From Alphaproteobacteria bacterium (GTDB taxonomy: Bacteria > Pseudomonadota > Alphaproteobacteria > JANSWW01): a stretch of DNA of 64,000 nt. The stretch covers positions 151,162 through 215,161 of the forward strand of contig JANSWW010000007.1 in NCBI GenBank assembly GCA_024743275.1, written 5' to 3'. Below the pieces are notes generated by a model. It was not told where the DNA came from. It saw nothing but the letters and a program-made list of their open reading frames with translations, and searched no databases. Position 1 is the first letter of the stretch, and every line of letters begins with the position of its first letter. Made by a program: the position numbers and the translations under genes. Shown in pieces: positions 1-9,116 of the stretch.

Positions 1-1
1 C

Positions 2-394
2 ATTCGGCTGACGCGGGAGATCTTCGCCCAGCCGGCCTTCGAACCCTATATCGCCTATGAGATCCAGCCCGGCGAGGCCTATGAAAGCGACGCCGAGATC
101 GACGATTTCATCCGCGAGCACGCCGAGAGCGCCTATCACCCCTGCGGCACCGCCAAGATGGGGCGGCCGGGCGATCCCATGGCGGTGGTCGATCCGGAAT
201 GCCGGGTGATCGGGGTCGAGGGGCTCCGGCTCGCCGACAGCTCCGTGTTCCCGCGCATTCCCAACGGCAACCTCAACGGTCCGTCGGTGATGACCGGGGA
301 GAAGGCGTCGGACCACATTCTGGGCAAAACGCCGTTGCCCAAGGCGAACGACCGGCCCTGGTTCCATCCCGACTGGGAAACGAAGCAGCGTTAG
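2..394 (+). CDS. GMC-family oxidoreductase (choline dehydrogenase-like), C-terminal fragment; 5' end lies outside the window
   Basis: In-frame translation from position 2 gives ...HPCGTAKMG...[46 protein letters not shown], the conserved GMC oxidoreductase C-terminus. Confidence 0.75.
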   Translation: MRLTREIFAQPAFEPYIAYEIQPGEAYESDAEIDDFIREHAESAYHPCGTAKMGRPGDPMAVVDPECRVIGVEGLRLADSSVFPRIPNGNLNGPSVMTGEKASDHILGKTPLPKANDRPWFHPDWETKQR

Positions 395-2577
395 CCGAGG
401 CCCTCGACAGCAAGGCTGGAGGGCGTCAGCGACCGGCCCTCGCCCTGGCCCGAGGCGACATAGTGGTAGTAGACGTCGACCCCAGCGGTGGCGACATCCT
501 TGTTGGCGGCGATATAGGCGCCCGGATCGAAGATCCGACGCCCTTCCGCCTGGCCGAAACTCTGCCAATGGCTCACCAGATCGGCGATACCGAGGCTTGC
601 GAGGTCTGTGTTGAGCATCAGATAGCCGGCGGAATCGAAGCCGGTCACCCGGCCCTCGTTCTTGCCAAAAGCGACATAGTGTTCGCCGGCCTGGGCGTCC
701 GTGAAATTGAGGGCGAGCAGGTCGGGATTGGCGTTGAGATATGCCTCCGCCGAGAGGATACGGTTCTCGTTCGCGCCGAAGGTCTTGTAGTGGGTCAGCG
801 CGTCATTGGCGGCGAGCCCGGCTGCTCCCAGATCCGGATTGGCCACCAGATAGGCGCTGCCGTCGAAGCTTAGCAGGCGGCTCTCCGAATAGCCGAAGGT
901 CACATAGTGATCGAGGGCCGTCTCGGTCGTGATCCCGGCGGTGATCAGATCCGGATTGGCGGCGAGATAGTCCGATGCCGACCAGATGAATCCGTCATTC
1001 TCGGCGATCGTCACCGTGGCCTTCACCGTTTGGACGCCGCCTGCATCGGTGAAGGCGACGGTGAATGTCTCGTTCGCCTCCACCGCGATGTCGCCGAGCA
1101 CCGAAAGGGTCAGCGTCCCCGAGGTCTCGCCCGCCGCAATGGTCATCGTGCCCGCCGCTGCGGTGTAGTCACTGCCCGCCGCCGCCGTGCCGTCGGCGGT
1201 CTGGTAGGTGACGGCGGTGTCCGATGCCTGGGCAGAGGCCAGGGTCACAGTGAGGGTGACGGAACGCGCAAGGCTGTCGCCCTCGGTCACGCTCGCATCG
1301 GCGACGGTGACCAGGCCGGAACTCCCCCCACCGCTATCCGAACCGCTACCAGAATCGCTATCGGTCCCCTGCTCGCCGATTTGGACGAAGACCGGGCTGT
1401 CGGTGAGGGTGAGCGTGGCGGCGTCGATGACCGTGGCCGTGTTGGTGAGGTCGGTGACCGTGATGGTCCCGGAGATCTCTGCGGGGATCGCGGTGCCGCT
1501 GCCCCACAACGCGTAGACATCGCCACCGCTGGTCGTGAACTTGACCGACCCGCTGGCCTCCGTCGACGCCGTAGCCGTCACGGCGGTGAAATCGTCGATC
1601 TTGCCCGCCATCGCCTTATAGGCGTTGTAGGCCGGGTTCCGCGGGACATCGGCGAAGGCCGGCATGTTCGCGCGGTCGGCGTTGGAGAGGTCGAGCAGGT
1701 TCTTCCCCGCCTCGCCCGGAGCGGCGTCGAGGCCCACATAAAGCAGCCTTTCCGCCCCATTGGCCAGGGCGTTGACATGGGTCTTGACGATCCATTTGCC
1801 CCAATCGGCATCCACGATGCTCGCCTGCCCCAGGCCGGGGGAGGATAGTTCGATCTCGGTGATCCAGCGCGGCTTGTCGCCGACCCCCTGAGCGGTGAGG
1901 AAGGTGTTCATGTCGGCCCAGTGAAGATCGTAGGGGCCACCGATCGAATGAAAGGTGATGACGTCCATGTATTGGCCGCCGCCCAGGGCGAAGACATCGC
2001 TCCAGAAGGCTTGGACCTCGGCTTGCGGTCCGGCCAGCCCGGCGGGAACCACAATCGCATCGGGGTCGGCCGCCTTGATCGTCTCATAGCTCAGCTTGAG
2101 GAGATCGAAATACTCCTGTGCGGTCCCGTCAAAGAACAGGATGTCGCTGCCGACCGCCGGCTCGTTGGAGATTTCCCAATATTTGACCGGCTGGGTGAGG
2201 CCCGCCATGTCGTCGACGCCGTCGCCGTCATAGCGTTCGACCAGCGCCGTCAGGAATTCGGCATAGGCGGTCGTATTGACCGGGGCGTGTCGGTAAAGCC
2301 CCAACTCGTCGGCGAAGATGATGCTGCTGGCGGCCGGGCTATGGGTGCCGGACTGGTCCCATTCGGCATAGGGCCATACGGTGGCCTGCAGGTTCTGGCC
2401 GAAGGTCTGGGCGTTCTGGACGTAAGTATCGGAGGCGGTCCAGTTCCTGGAGCCCTGGCTCGGCTCCAGGCCGTTCCAATAGAAGGGGCCGGGATGCGGC
2501 CGTTCCCAGGACGTGCCGATATCCGCAATGGCGTCGTAATACTGCGGATGCATGAAACCCAGGCTGTTCGTCCCCAT
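391..2577 (-). CDS. Secreted-type glycoside hydrolase (GH5-like) fused to a Calx-beta domain and six ~37-aa C-terminal repeats
   Basis: WEISNEP and ITEIE motifs are typical of clan GH-A/GH5 catalytic residues. A Calx-beta-like segment follows ([58 protein letters not shown]). The C-terminus carries repeated YLxANPDLxxAGxxxAxxHYxxFGxxEGR units. There is no N-terminal signal peptide. Confidence 0.7.
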   Translation of the reverse strand: MGTNSLGFMHPQYYDAIADIGTSWERPHPGPFYWNGLEPSQGSRNWTASDTYVQNAQTFGQNLQATVWPYAEWDQSGTHSPAASSIIFADELGLYRHAPVNTTAYAEFLTALVERYDGDGVDDMAGLTQPVKYWEISNEPAVGSDILFFDGTAQEYFDLLKLSYETIKAADPDAIVVPAGLAGPQAEVQAFWSDVFALGGGQYMDVITFHSIGGPYDLHWADMNTFLTAQGVGDKPRWITEIELSSPGLGQASIVDADWGKWIVKTHVNALANGAERLLYVGLDAAPGEAGKNLLDLSNADRANMPAFADVPRNPAYNAYKAMAGKIDDFTAVTATASTEASGSVKFTTSGGDVYALWGSGTAIPAEISGTITVTDLTNTATVIDAATLTLTDSPVFVQIGEQGTDSDSGSGSDSGGGSSGLVTVADASVTEGDSLARSVTLTVTLASAQASDTAVTYQTADGTAAAGSDYTAAAGTMTIAAGETSGTLTLSVLGDIAVEANETFTVAFTDAGGVQTVKATVTIAENDGFIWSASDYLAANPDLITAGITTETALDHYVTFGYSESRLLSFDGSAYLVANPDLGAAGLAANDALTHYKTFGANENRILSAEAYLNANPDLLALNFTDAQAGEHYVAFGKNEGRVTGFDSAGYLMLNTDLASLGIADLVSHWQSFGQAEGRRIFDPGAYIAANKDVATAGVDVYYHYVASGQGEGRSLTPSSLAVEGLG

Positions 2578-2663
2578 CGGCCGATTCCCTCCTCAGCGAT
2601 GAAACACCTTTGGAGAATAGCCGAAACCGCGCCGTCGTTCACCCTATCCGGAGGATGCGGCGT

Positions 2664-3998
2664 TCAGGCCAGCGCGGTCTTGCTCGGGCGGGAGCGGAAC
2701 AGGATCAGGGCGATGATCCCCATATTGGCGAAGTTCCACAGGATGCCGTTGATGAAGGCGAGCTGATAGCTGCCGGTCAGATCGAAGACCAGGCCCGAGA
2801 GCCAGCCGCCCAGCGCCATCCCGATCACGGTCGCCATCATGACCAGGCCGATCCGCTGGCCCGCCTCGCGCGCCGGGAGGTATTCCCGGATGACCACGGC
2901 ATAGCTCGGCACGATCCCGCCCTGGGACAGGCCGAAAATCAGGCTGACCACATAGAGCGAGACCAGCCCGTCGAAGGGGATGTAGAGGAACAGCGCCATG
3001 CATTGCAGGGCGGAGCCGAGCAGCAGCGTCTTCACCCCGCCGATATGGTCGGCCAGAAGGCCGAACAGCAGCCGGCTCGCGACACCGCCGGCCAGCATCA
3101 GCGAGAGCATCTCCGCGCCCACCGCCACGCCATAGCCGAGATCGGCGCAATAGGCGACGATATGGACCTGGGGCATCGACATGGCGACACAGCAGGCGAC
3201 GCCGGCGAAGATCAGCAGCCATTGCAGCATGGCGGGCGATAGGCCGGCGTTGACCGCGGGGGATTCCATCGCCGCCTTCACCTTCTCGTCGGTCTCGGTC
3301 AGATGCGGCGCCTTGCGCAGCAGGAACAGCGACAGCGGAATCATGGTGACCAGGGTGATCACCCCGATCATCTCATAGGCCGCCCGCCAGCCCTCGGCGT
3401 CGATGGCGTCGCGCAGGAAGATCGGCCAGACCACCCCGGCGAGATAGTTGCCGCTGGCCCCGGCGGCGATCGCGATGCCGCGGCGCTTCTTGAACCAATG
3501 GGAGATATCGGCGACCAGCGGGCCGAAGCCCGCGGCCGTTCCCAGGCCGATCAGGACTCCCTGACAGACCGACAGGAACCAAAGACTCTCCGCGCCCGCG
3601 GCCAGGAAATGGCCGCCGCTGATCATGAGGCTGGCGAGGATCAGCACCGGGGTGACCCCGAACCGGTCGACAAGATGCCCCATCGCCACATTGCCGAAGG
3701 CGAAACCGAGCATGGTGGCGGTGTAGGCGAGCGAGGCTTCCGCCCGGGTGGTGCCGAAATCCTGCTCGACGCTGGGCATCGCCAGGATGATCGCCCACAT
3801 GCCGACGCTGCCGATCGTGGCCACGGTCAGCGACATGCACAGCCGGAACCACGCATAGGGGCTGTCCAGAACGGCGCTGGGGTCGCCGGCGTGCCGATGG
3901 GGCTGTCCTGGGTCGGCGGTCACGAAGGGCCTTCTGTCGCAAGGAGTTGATGAAAGTCTTGGGAAAGTTGTCTTTGATCCCGTGAGGATCAGAGCCAT
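2664..3998 (-). CDS. MFS transporter (12-TM, oxalate/formate antiporter-like); start codon uncertain, could be as far in as 3836
   Basis: Long hydrophobic ORF with MFS-like helices and a central loop containing KKRRG. The N-terminal ~50 aa are non-hydrophobic, so an internal Met (MSLTVAT...) is an alternative start. Confidence 0.6.
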   Translation of the reverse strand: MALILTGSKTTFPRLSSTPCDRRPFVTADPGQPHRHAGDPSAVLDSPYAWFRLCMSLTVATIGSVGMWAIILAMPSVEQDFGTTRAEASLAYTATMLGFAFGNVAMGHLVDRFGVTPVLILASLMISGGHFLAAGAESLWFLSVCQGVLIGLGTAAGFGPLVADISHWFKKRRGIAIAAGASGNYLAGVVWPIFLRDAIDAEGWRAAYEMIGVITLVTMIPLSLFLLRKAPHLTETDEKVKAAMESPAVNAGLSPAMLQWLLIFAGVACCVAMSMPQVHIVAYCADLGYGVAVGAEMLSLMLAGGVASRLLFGLLADHIGGVKTLLLGSALQCMALFLYIPFDGLVSLYVVSLIFGLSQGGIVPSYAVVIREYLPAREAGQRIGLVMMATVIGMALGGWLSGLVFDLTGSYQLAFINGILWNFANMGIIALILFRSRPSKTALA

Positions 3999-4093
3999 TT
4001 AATCGGAGGCCGTCACGCCTTAAACCGGCATGGCAGCCCTGCCCGATTTTATGGGTCCTGACCCCAGGCCGATCCGTATCTTGGAGACCCGCC

Positions 4094-4552
4094 ATGACAG
4101 AGACGACAAAGAAAACCTACCGCAAGGACCAGGCCGCTATCGACAAGCTCGACCGGATGCAGTTCGCCGTCACCCAGAACGACGCCACCGAGCGGCCGTT
4201 CAGCGGCAAATACTGGGATCACAAGGAAGAGGGGCTCTATGTCGACATCGTCAGCGGCGAACCCCTGTTCACCTCACTGGACAAGTTCGATAGCCATTGC
4301 GGTTGGCCCAGTTTCACCAAGCCGGTGCAAACCGGCCATATCGTGGAGAAGCGCGACGTTTCCCATGGTATGATTCGGACCGAGGTGCGCTCGACCCATG
4401 GCGACAGCCATCTGGGCCATGTCTTCGACGACGGCCCGGCCCCGACGGGCCTGCGGTACTGCATCAATTCCGCCTCCCTCCGCTTTATCCCGAAGGATAA
4501 GCTGGAGGAGGAAGGGTATGGAGACTATTGGCACCTGTTCGCGACGCCCTGA
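4094..4552 (+). CDS. msrB: Peptide-methionine (R)-S-oxide reductase MsrB
   Basis: CGWPSF and [10 protein letters not shown] motifs; 152 aa, the typical MsrB length. Confidence 0.9.
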   Translation: MTETTKKTYRKDQAAIDKLDRMQFAVTQNDATERPFSGKYWDHKEEGLYVDIVSGEPLFTSLDKFDSHCGWPSFTKPVQTGHIVEKRDVSHGMIRTEVRSTHGDSHLGHVFDDGPAPTGLRYCINSASLRFIPKDKLEEEGYGDYWHLFATP

Positions 4553-5250
4553 GGGCCAGCCCGAGCCTGAACCACCTCACCGATCTGGTCCTGTATCGCG
4601 ACGGGCTCGTCCTCGTTCTCAACAAGCCCGCCGGCATCCCGGTCCATGCGGGTCGTGCCGGCGGCCCCAATCTGGAAGATGGCTTTCCCAGCCTGACCTA
4701 CGGCATTCGCCATGTCCCGGCCCTGGCCCATCGGCTCGACCGGGACACAAGCGGCTGCCTGGCCCTCGGCCGGCATCCCAAGGCGCTCAAGAAGCTCGGT
4801 AAGCTGTTCCGCGAGGGGCGGGCCGAAAAGACCTATTGGGCCCTGGTCCGGGGCGTGCCGGTGCGCGAGAGCGGCGTCATCGACGCGCCCCTGCTCAAGG
4901 TCAACCGACGGACCGGCTGGACCGTGAAGGTCGATCCCGCGGGCAAGGCCGCCCGGACCCGTTGGACGCTGAAGGGCAGCCGTGACGGCATCAGCTTTAT
5001 CGAATGCCATCCGGAAACCGGCCGGACCCATCAGATCCGGGTTCATCTCGCCCATCTCGGACTGCCGATCCTGGGCGACGTCGCCTATGGCGGGAATGCA
5101 TCCGACGGGCCCCTGGCGCTGCACGCCCGGCGGCTGGTCCTCCCGCTTGCCGCCTCCAAGCCGACGGTCGACGTCACGGCCCCGCCGCCGGAGGCTTTTG
5201 CAATTAGAGCAACCACGGTTCTCTCAGGCATAGTATTGCGAGAGTTTTAG
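4528..5250 (+). CDS. RluA-family RNA pseudouridine synthase (no S4 domain); TTG start; the 3' end runs into the low-GC insertion
   Basis: [14 protein letters not shown] catalytic-Asp motif plus [12 protein letters not shown]. The last ~15 codons are AT-rich, unlike the rest of the gene. Confidence 0.75.
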   Translation: MAPVRDALRASPSLNHLTDLVLYRDGLVLVLNKPAGIPVHAGRAGGPNLEDGFPSLTYGIRHVPALAHRLDRDTSGCLALGRHPKALKKLGKLFREGRAEKTYWALVRGVPVRESGVIDAPLLKVNRRTGWTVKVDPAGKAARTRWTLKGSRDGISFIECHPETGRTHQIRVHLAHLGLPILGDVAYGGNASDGPLALHARRLVLPLAASKPTVDVTAPPPEAFAIRATTVLSGIVLREF

Positions 5251-7133
5251 GTTTTAAATAAGTCTTCTATATCATCATCAATACTAGAATTATCGCGTAT
5301 TTCTTTTTGGCACCAGTGTCTGACTGAATTCATTTCCTTATGGAAATTGTCGTTTATATCTTTGAACGCGCCCTCACAGTCAACCAGAATTCTCTCGATC
5401 TCGTTGTATAACTCTTCGTCAGATTCCGATAGTTCTTGTATATCTTCGCATCGAATCTTGCAGGCGCTATCCGAAAAACTGATTGTGATAGTTAACGGTT
5501 CATCGGACTGACCACGTTCCTGGTAATGATGGACGCTTTTGGCCGTTTGCTTGAGAAATTCGTGGAATATTTTTCCACTGTATGCTTGATATTGTTTCTT
5601 TCCAGAAATTCGAGATGCTATATGCAGAAGTGAGAATAGTTCATCATCAAATGAAAAAGACGTTATGCCTGTGTCTTTTCCAAATTCTTCAAAACAAATT
5701 GTAAATTGTAACTTGCTAAGTGCGTAATAAGGTTTTTCTGGGTTGCGTGATCTGCTGATAGGTTTGAGGTGCTTCTCGAATTGAGGTTCAACAAATTTTT
5801 TTACGAAAAGGGGGGGATTCATGGAGTAGCAGAATTTTGGAAAATCATCGAAATAGCGGTTTTTGAGCCTCTCCATGAATTTATCAATATGTTGGTTCTG
5901 ATAATAAATAAGTCCATATGCTGCAAAATACTCTTGAAAAGATCGGTGTAAAAATGTAAAATATTTTCCATCGCGCTGTATTAAATTGACGGACTCTGAA
6001 AAATCTCTAAGCGTTTTTTGTGGATCAACGTCTATTTTTGCAATTTTATTAGACTTCTGAATTGTTTCTAGAATATCTACCTCGGTAAATTCAATTCTCT
6101 GTTCCATATATGAAACTAGTGAAAAAACCGAGAAAGCATTCCTAAAAACATGAAAATCGAGTTCATTCACCTTCGTAAATTTTTCTTTCGTGCTGTTGTG
6201 CCAATTATAAAGCGCGATAAACGCATGATCATAAAAAATGTTTAGGCTATCAGATATAGTGCCAGTATCGCTAAATGTTAGGAGCATCATCATTGTGAGA
6301 AGTGGAGTTGACATAAGGCTTTTTTTACTCGAAAAGTCCTTTTTCATTATTTCTTTGAGAAATTCTCTTTTTGTTTTTTCGTGAAATGGTAGCTTTTCGA
6401 TTAAACTAATATTTTGATCTAAATTAAGTTTGCAACACTCGAATCCATTAAAGCCCGACCAAGAGTTGAATCTTTGATTCAGCCTACTTGATACGATGAA
6501 TCGACATTTTTGGAATTCACTTGAAATTTCAATAATTTCGTTTTCAACTCTGTGCTTCTTGTCTTCAACAATCTCGTCAAATCCATCTAGAATAAAAGTG
6601 AATTTTCCTATTCCCATTAGATGGCGAAATGTATCCTCATCTAGTTTACCGCTCTCAGATATTGTGGTGCGTGCTAGTGTAACCAACCCTGATCCTAGTG
6701 TATTTTCTGTTGAGAGATTATTGAGCATCCTCAGTTCAAGGAATATGGGAATTGTGTTTGTTTCTTCTAAAATTACATTCCATAAAAACCTCATGAATAT
6801 CGTTTTTCCTGCCCCACCATTTCCTTGTATTATGACGTTTTTGTTTTTTAGAATCTCATTTATAATTTCAGAGTCTGGGAGAATTGTGTCATTATTTTTG
6901 AAATTCAGGGGTATGTATATTTCATTAAGGCCTACATCGGAGTCTTTCTTTAAAAGTATTTTGATTTTGGTCGTCTTATTCTTGGTTCTTGCAACATAAG
7001 GCTTGAAGTCTTCAAATGCGGCAGTCCATTTTTTTCTAATTGTGGGCTGTAAATGAAGTGTAATTCGATTCCAGAGCTCCTTTACGGTTTCTATGGTTAA
7101 CTCAGCTGTATATTTTTCTGCGGAGAAGCTCAT
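5247..7133 (-). CDS. NACHT-clade STAND NTPase (bacterial NLR-like protein); candidate antiphage defence protein
   Basis: Walker A IIQGNGGAGKT and Walker B FTFILDGFDEI (the hhhhDGhDE NACHT signature), sensor-1 RFIVSSR, and STPLLTMMML (GxP-like NACHT motif). The ~95-aa N-terminal region and ~330-aa C-terminal region have no recognisable domain. An AAGGA Shine-Dalgarno sequence lies 11 nt upstream of the ATG. Confidence 0.8.
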   Translation of the reverse strand: MSFSAEKYTAELTIETVKELWNRITLHLQPTIRKKWTAAFEDFKPYVARTKNKTTKIKILLKKDSDVGLNEIYIPLNFKNNDTILPDSEIINEILKNKNVIIQGNGGAGKTIFMRFLWNVILEETNTIPIFLELRMLNNLSTENTLGSGLVTLARTTISESGKLDEDTFRHLMGIGKFTFILDGFDEIVEDKKHRVENEIIEISSEFQKCRFIVSSRLNQRFNSWSGFNGFECCKLNLDQNISLIEKLPFHEKTKREFLKEIMKKDFSSKKSLMSTPLLTMMMLLTFSDTGTISDSLNIFYDHAFIALYNWHNSTKEKFTKVNELDFHVFRNAFSVFSLVSYMEQRIEFTEVDILETIQKSNKIAKIDVDPQKTLRDFSESVNLIQRDGKYFTFLHRSFQEYFAAYGLIYYQNQHIDKFMERLKNRYFDDFPKFCYSMNPPLFVKKFVEPQFEKHLKPISRSRNPEKPYYALSKLQFTICFEEFGKDTGITSFSFDDELFSLLHIASRISGKKQYQAYSGKIFHEFLKQTAKSVHHYQERGQSDEPLTITISFSDSACKIRCEDIQELSESDEELYNEIERILVDCEGAFKDINDNFHKEMNSVRHWCQKEIRDNSSIDDDIEDLFKT

Positions 7134-7446
7134 TGGGCTGCGATCCTTAGAGTATGAATTCTAAATTTTTTATCAATACGAGCAAATATGACCAGAGATA
7201 CTTCAAGATGCAAGAAATATGTTGGTTTATAGAAAGCCTTGATAGAGAATCTTTCGGTTTGAGGTTGCTGCGGTGAGCATGCTTCCGTCACGTTGTTTTG
7301 CAGACTATCGTGTGGTGTGTCAGTGCGTACTGCAGGGGGTTTCTTGGCTAAAATGGCTATGCCGTAAACGACGTTTGACAGAGTTCATGTAAAGTAAAAT
7401 TTATGTAATAAGTTTTATTGAAGCCCTATTAAGAATTTTATTATTT

Positions 7447-7474
7447 GACAAGCGGTCGCATGCGTCAGCTTGTC
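7447..7474. promoter_or_regulatory. 28-bp imperfect palindrome (gacaagc-ggtcgcatgcgtca-gcttgtc), an operator-like site in the AT-rich leader upstream of the NACHT gene
   Basis: Outer 7-bp arms are perfect reverse complements and the core cgcatgcg is itself palindromic. A TTGACA hexamer overlaps the 5' arm. Confidence 0.4.
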
Positions 7475-7552
7475 CTCATCCATATCGGTTAACGTTCCGT
7501 AAAGCTTGATGGGTGAAGGGGAAAACATCTTGCTAAGACAAGGAGACGACCT

Positions 7553-7648
7553 ATGGCCGATCTTGCTTTCCCGCTTCTTAATATGCTGATCATTGGTTTC
7601 GGTATCGCGTTCTGTGCGAAAGAACTCTACGCGCTGAACAAGCAGTAG
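7553..7648 (+). CDS. 31-aa hydrophobic micro-protein (MADLAFPLLNMLIIGFGIAFCAKELYALNKQ), predicted single transmembrane helix
   Basis: A strong AAGGAG Shine-Dalgarno sequence lies 8 nt upstream of the ATG. Intermediate GC (~47%). Sits at the right edge of the islet, divergent from the NACHT gene. Confidence 0.35.
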   Translation: MADLAFPLLNMLIIGFGIAFCAKELYALNKQ

Positions 7649-7659
7649 GCGGACCATTT

Positions 7660-7743
7660 TCTGCGGGCCGAGGCCGTCGATCCCGCTCGGGGCGCGCTCG
7701 GGGCGCGCTCGGGGCGGGTGTCGAGACGGAACCGGCCCGCAGA
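7660..7743. repeat. Perfect 11-bp inverted repeat (tctgcgggccg / cggcccgcaga) enclosing three tandem 11-bp units (gctcggggcgc, 7685-7717)
   Basis: Read directly from the sequence; the arms extend to ~15 nt if one T indel is allowed. Confidence 0.6.
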
Positions 7744-7850
7744 AATGCTCCAATTATCCCGCGACCCGTCGTTTAGCCCAAAACCCGCCCCCGACTTCGG
7801 CGTATCAATAGCCATCACCGCAATCCCAAATCCTCCCAGGAGATGCGACG

Positions 7851-9068
7851 ATGGCGACCGCCCTGCTCCCCGACAGCGCCGACCTCCATAACGTCAACGA
7901 GCCGGCCGAGCTTCCGGATTTCGACGCCTTTCCGATCCGGCATCGGCTGACCGCCGCCAGGGCTTGTGGTCAGGCGGTCGATCTGGTCTGGGACGACGGG
8001 GCCGAGACCCGATATCACGTCATGACCCTGAAGGAGAACGCGCCGGACATCGTCCATCCGGTAACCCGGGAGCAGGCGACGATGCTGACCGACATCCCGG
8101 CGGACCTCGCGGCGGCGGAGGTTGGCGTCGACGGTGTCGGCGGGCTGTGGGTGCGCTGGTCGACCGGCGGGATCAGCCGGTTCCATCCGGGTTGGCTCCG
8201 CGCCTACGCCCCGGGTGCGCCGGAGGATGTCTTCGCCCTGCCACCGAGGGTGACCTGGGACGCCGCGACGATGGCCGACCTGCCGCGCTTCGACGGCCCG
8301 GCGGCGATCGCCGACGAGACGGTGCGGACCGCCTGGATGGAAGCGCTCTACGTCTACGGCGCCGCCATTCTGGAGGGACTGCCCACGGACGAGGAGGTGA
8401 TCCACCGGGTCCCGAGCCTGATAGGCCCGCTGCGGGAGACCAATTTTGGCAAGACCTTCACGGTCGAATCGAAGCAGGACGCCACATCCAACGCCTATAC
8501 GACCATGGCCCTGCCGGTGCATACGGACCTGTGCACCCGCGAGTACGAGCCCGGCCTGCAATTCCTCCACTGCATCCGCAACGACGCGGACGGCGGCGAA
8601 AACATCCTGGCCGACGGGTTTCGGCTCGCCGAGCGGATCAAGGCCGACGCGCCCGAGGAATACGACGCGCTGACCACCGTGCCGATCACCTTCTACAACA
8701 AGGCGACGGACACGGATTTCCGCTGCACCGTGCCGATGTTCGATCTCGATAAGGACGGCGACCTCAGCGATGTCCGCTGGAGCCCCTGGCTCCGGGCGCC
8801 GGTCCGGGCCTCCTTCGAGGAGACGGACCGGCTCTATCGCGGTCTGCGCCGGGCCTTCGCCCTGGCCGAGGACCCGGCCTTCACGGTGACGACGAAGCTC
8901 AAGGCCGGCGACCTTCTCTGCTTCGATAACCGGCGGGCCCTGCATGGGCGTGTCGGCTACGATCCGACCACCGGCGGCCGCAAGCTCATGGGCTGCTATG
9001 TGGAGCGGGAGGATCTGGTCTCGGCCCTGCGCATCATGCTGCGCCGACGCCGCGCCGCGGAGGTCTGA
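7851..9068 (+). CDS. Fe(II)/2-oxoglutarate dioxygenase of the gamma-butyrobetaine hydroxylase/TauD family with an N-terminal DUF971-like region
   Basis: HTD...(facial triad), CFDNRRALHGR, and ~405 aa, the typical BBOX-like length. AGGAG lies just upstream of the ATG. Confidence 0.8.
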   Translation: MATALLPDSADLHNVNEPAELPDFDAFPIRHRLTAARACGQAVDLVWDDGAETRYHVMTLKENAPDIVHPVTREQATMLTDIPADLAAAEVGVDGVGGLWVRWSTGGISRFHPGWLRAYAPGAPEDVFALPPRVTWDAATMADLPRFDGPAAIADETVRTAWMEALYVYGAAILEGLPTDEEVIHRVPSLIGPLRETNFGKTFTVESKQDATSNAYTTMALPVHTDLCTREYEPGLQFLHCIRNDADGGENILADGFRLAERIKADAPEEYDALTTVPITFYNKATDTDFRCTVPMFDLDKDGDLSDVRWSPWLRAPVRASFEETDRLYRGLRRAFALAEDPAFTVTTKLKAGDLLCFDNRRALHGRVGYDPTTGGRKLMGCYVEREDLVSALRIMLRRRRAAEV

Positions 9069-9116
9069 GCCGTGGCCGCCATTCCCCGGACCGTTCCCCG
9101 GACCGTTCCAGAAACC

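Larger units (their letters stand above)
5200..7560. other. Low-GC (~35-40%) genomic islet, a single-gene insertion in a ~67% GC background; no integrase, tRNA or obvious direct repeats
   Basis: Abrupt drop in GC and switch to AT-rich codon usage (Lys/Asn/Ile-rich product) between the rluA-like gene and the dioxygenase gene; seen directly in the sequence. Confidence 0.8.

Noticed and set aside
5150-7700. Integrase, transposase, tRNA or direct-repeat boundaries for the NACHT islet
   Set aside because: I looked on both flanks and found no recombinase ORF, no tRNA-like sequence and no convincing target-site duplication by eye. The element is therefore described as an islet rather than a defined mobile element.
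7415-7753. 112-aa minus-strand ORF straddling the islet boundary
   Set aside because: It crosses the sharp GC transition and overlaps the micro-ORF and the repeat element. No RBS, no motifs. Likely not coding.
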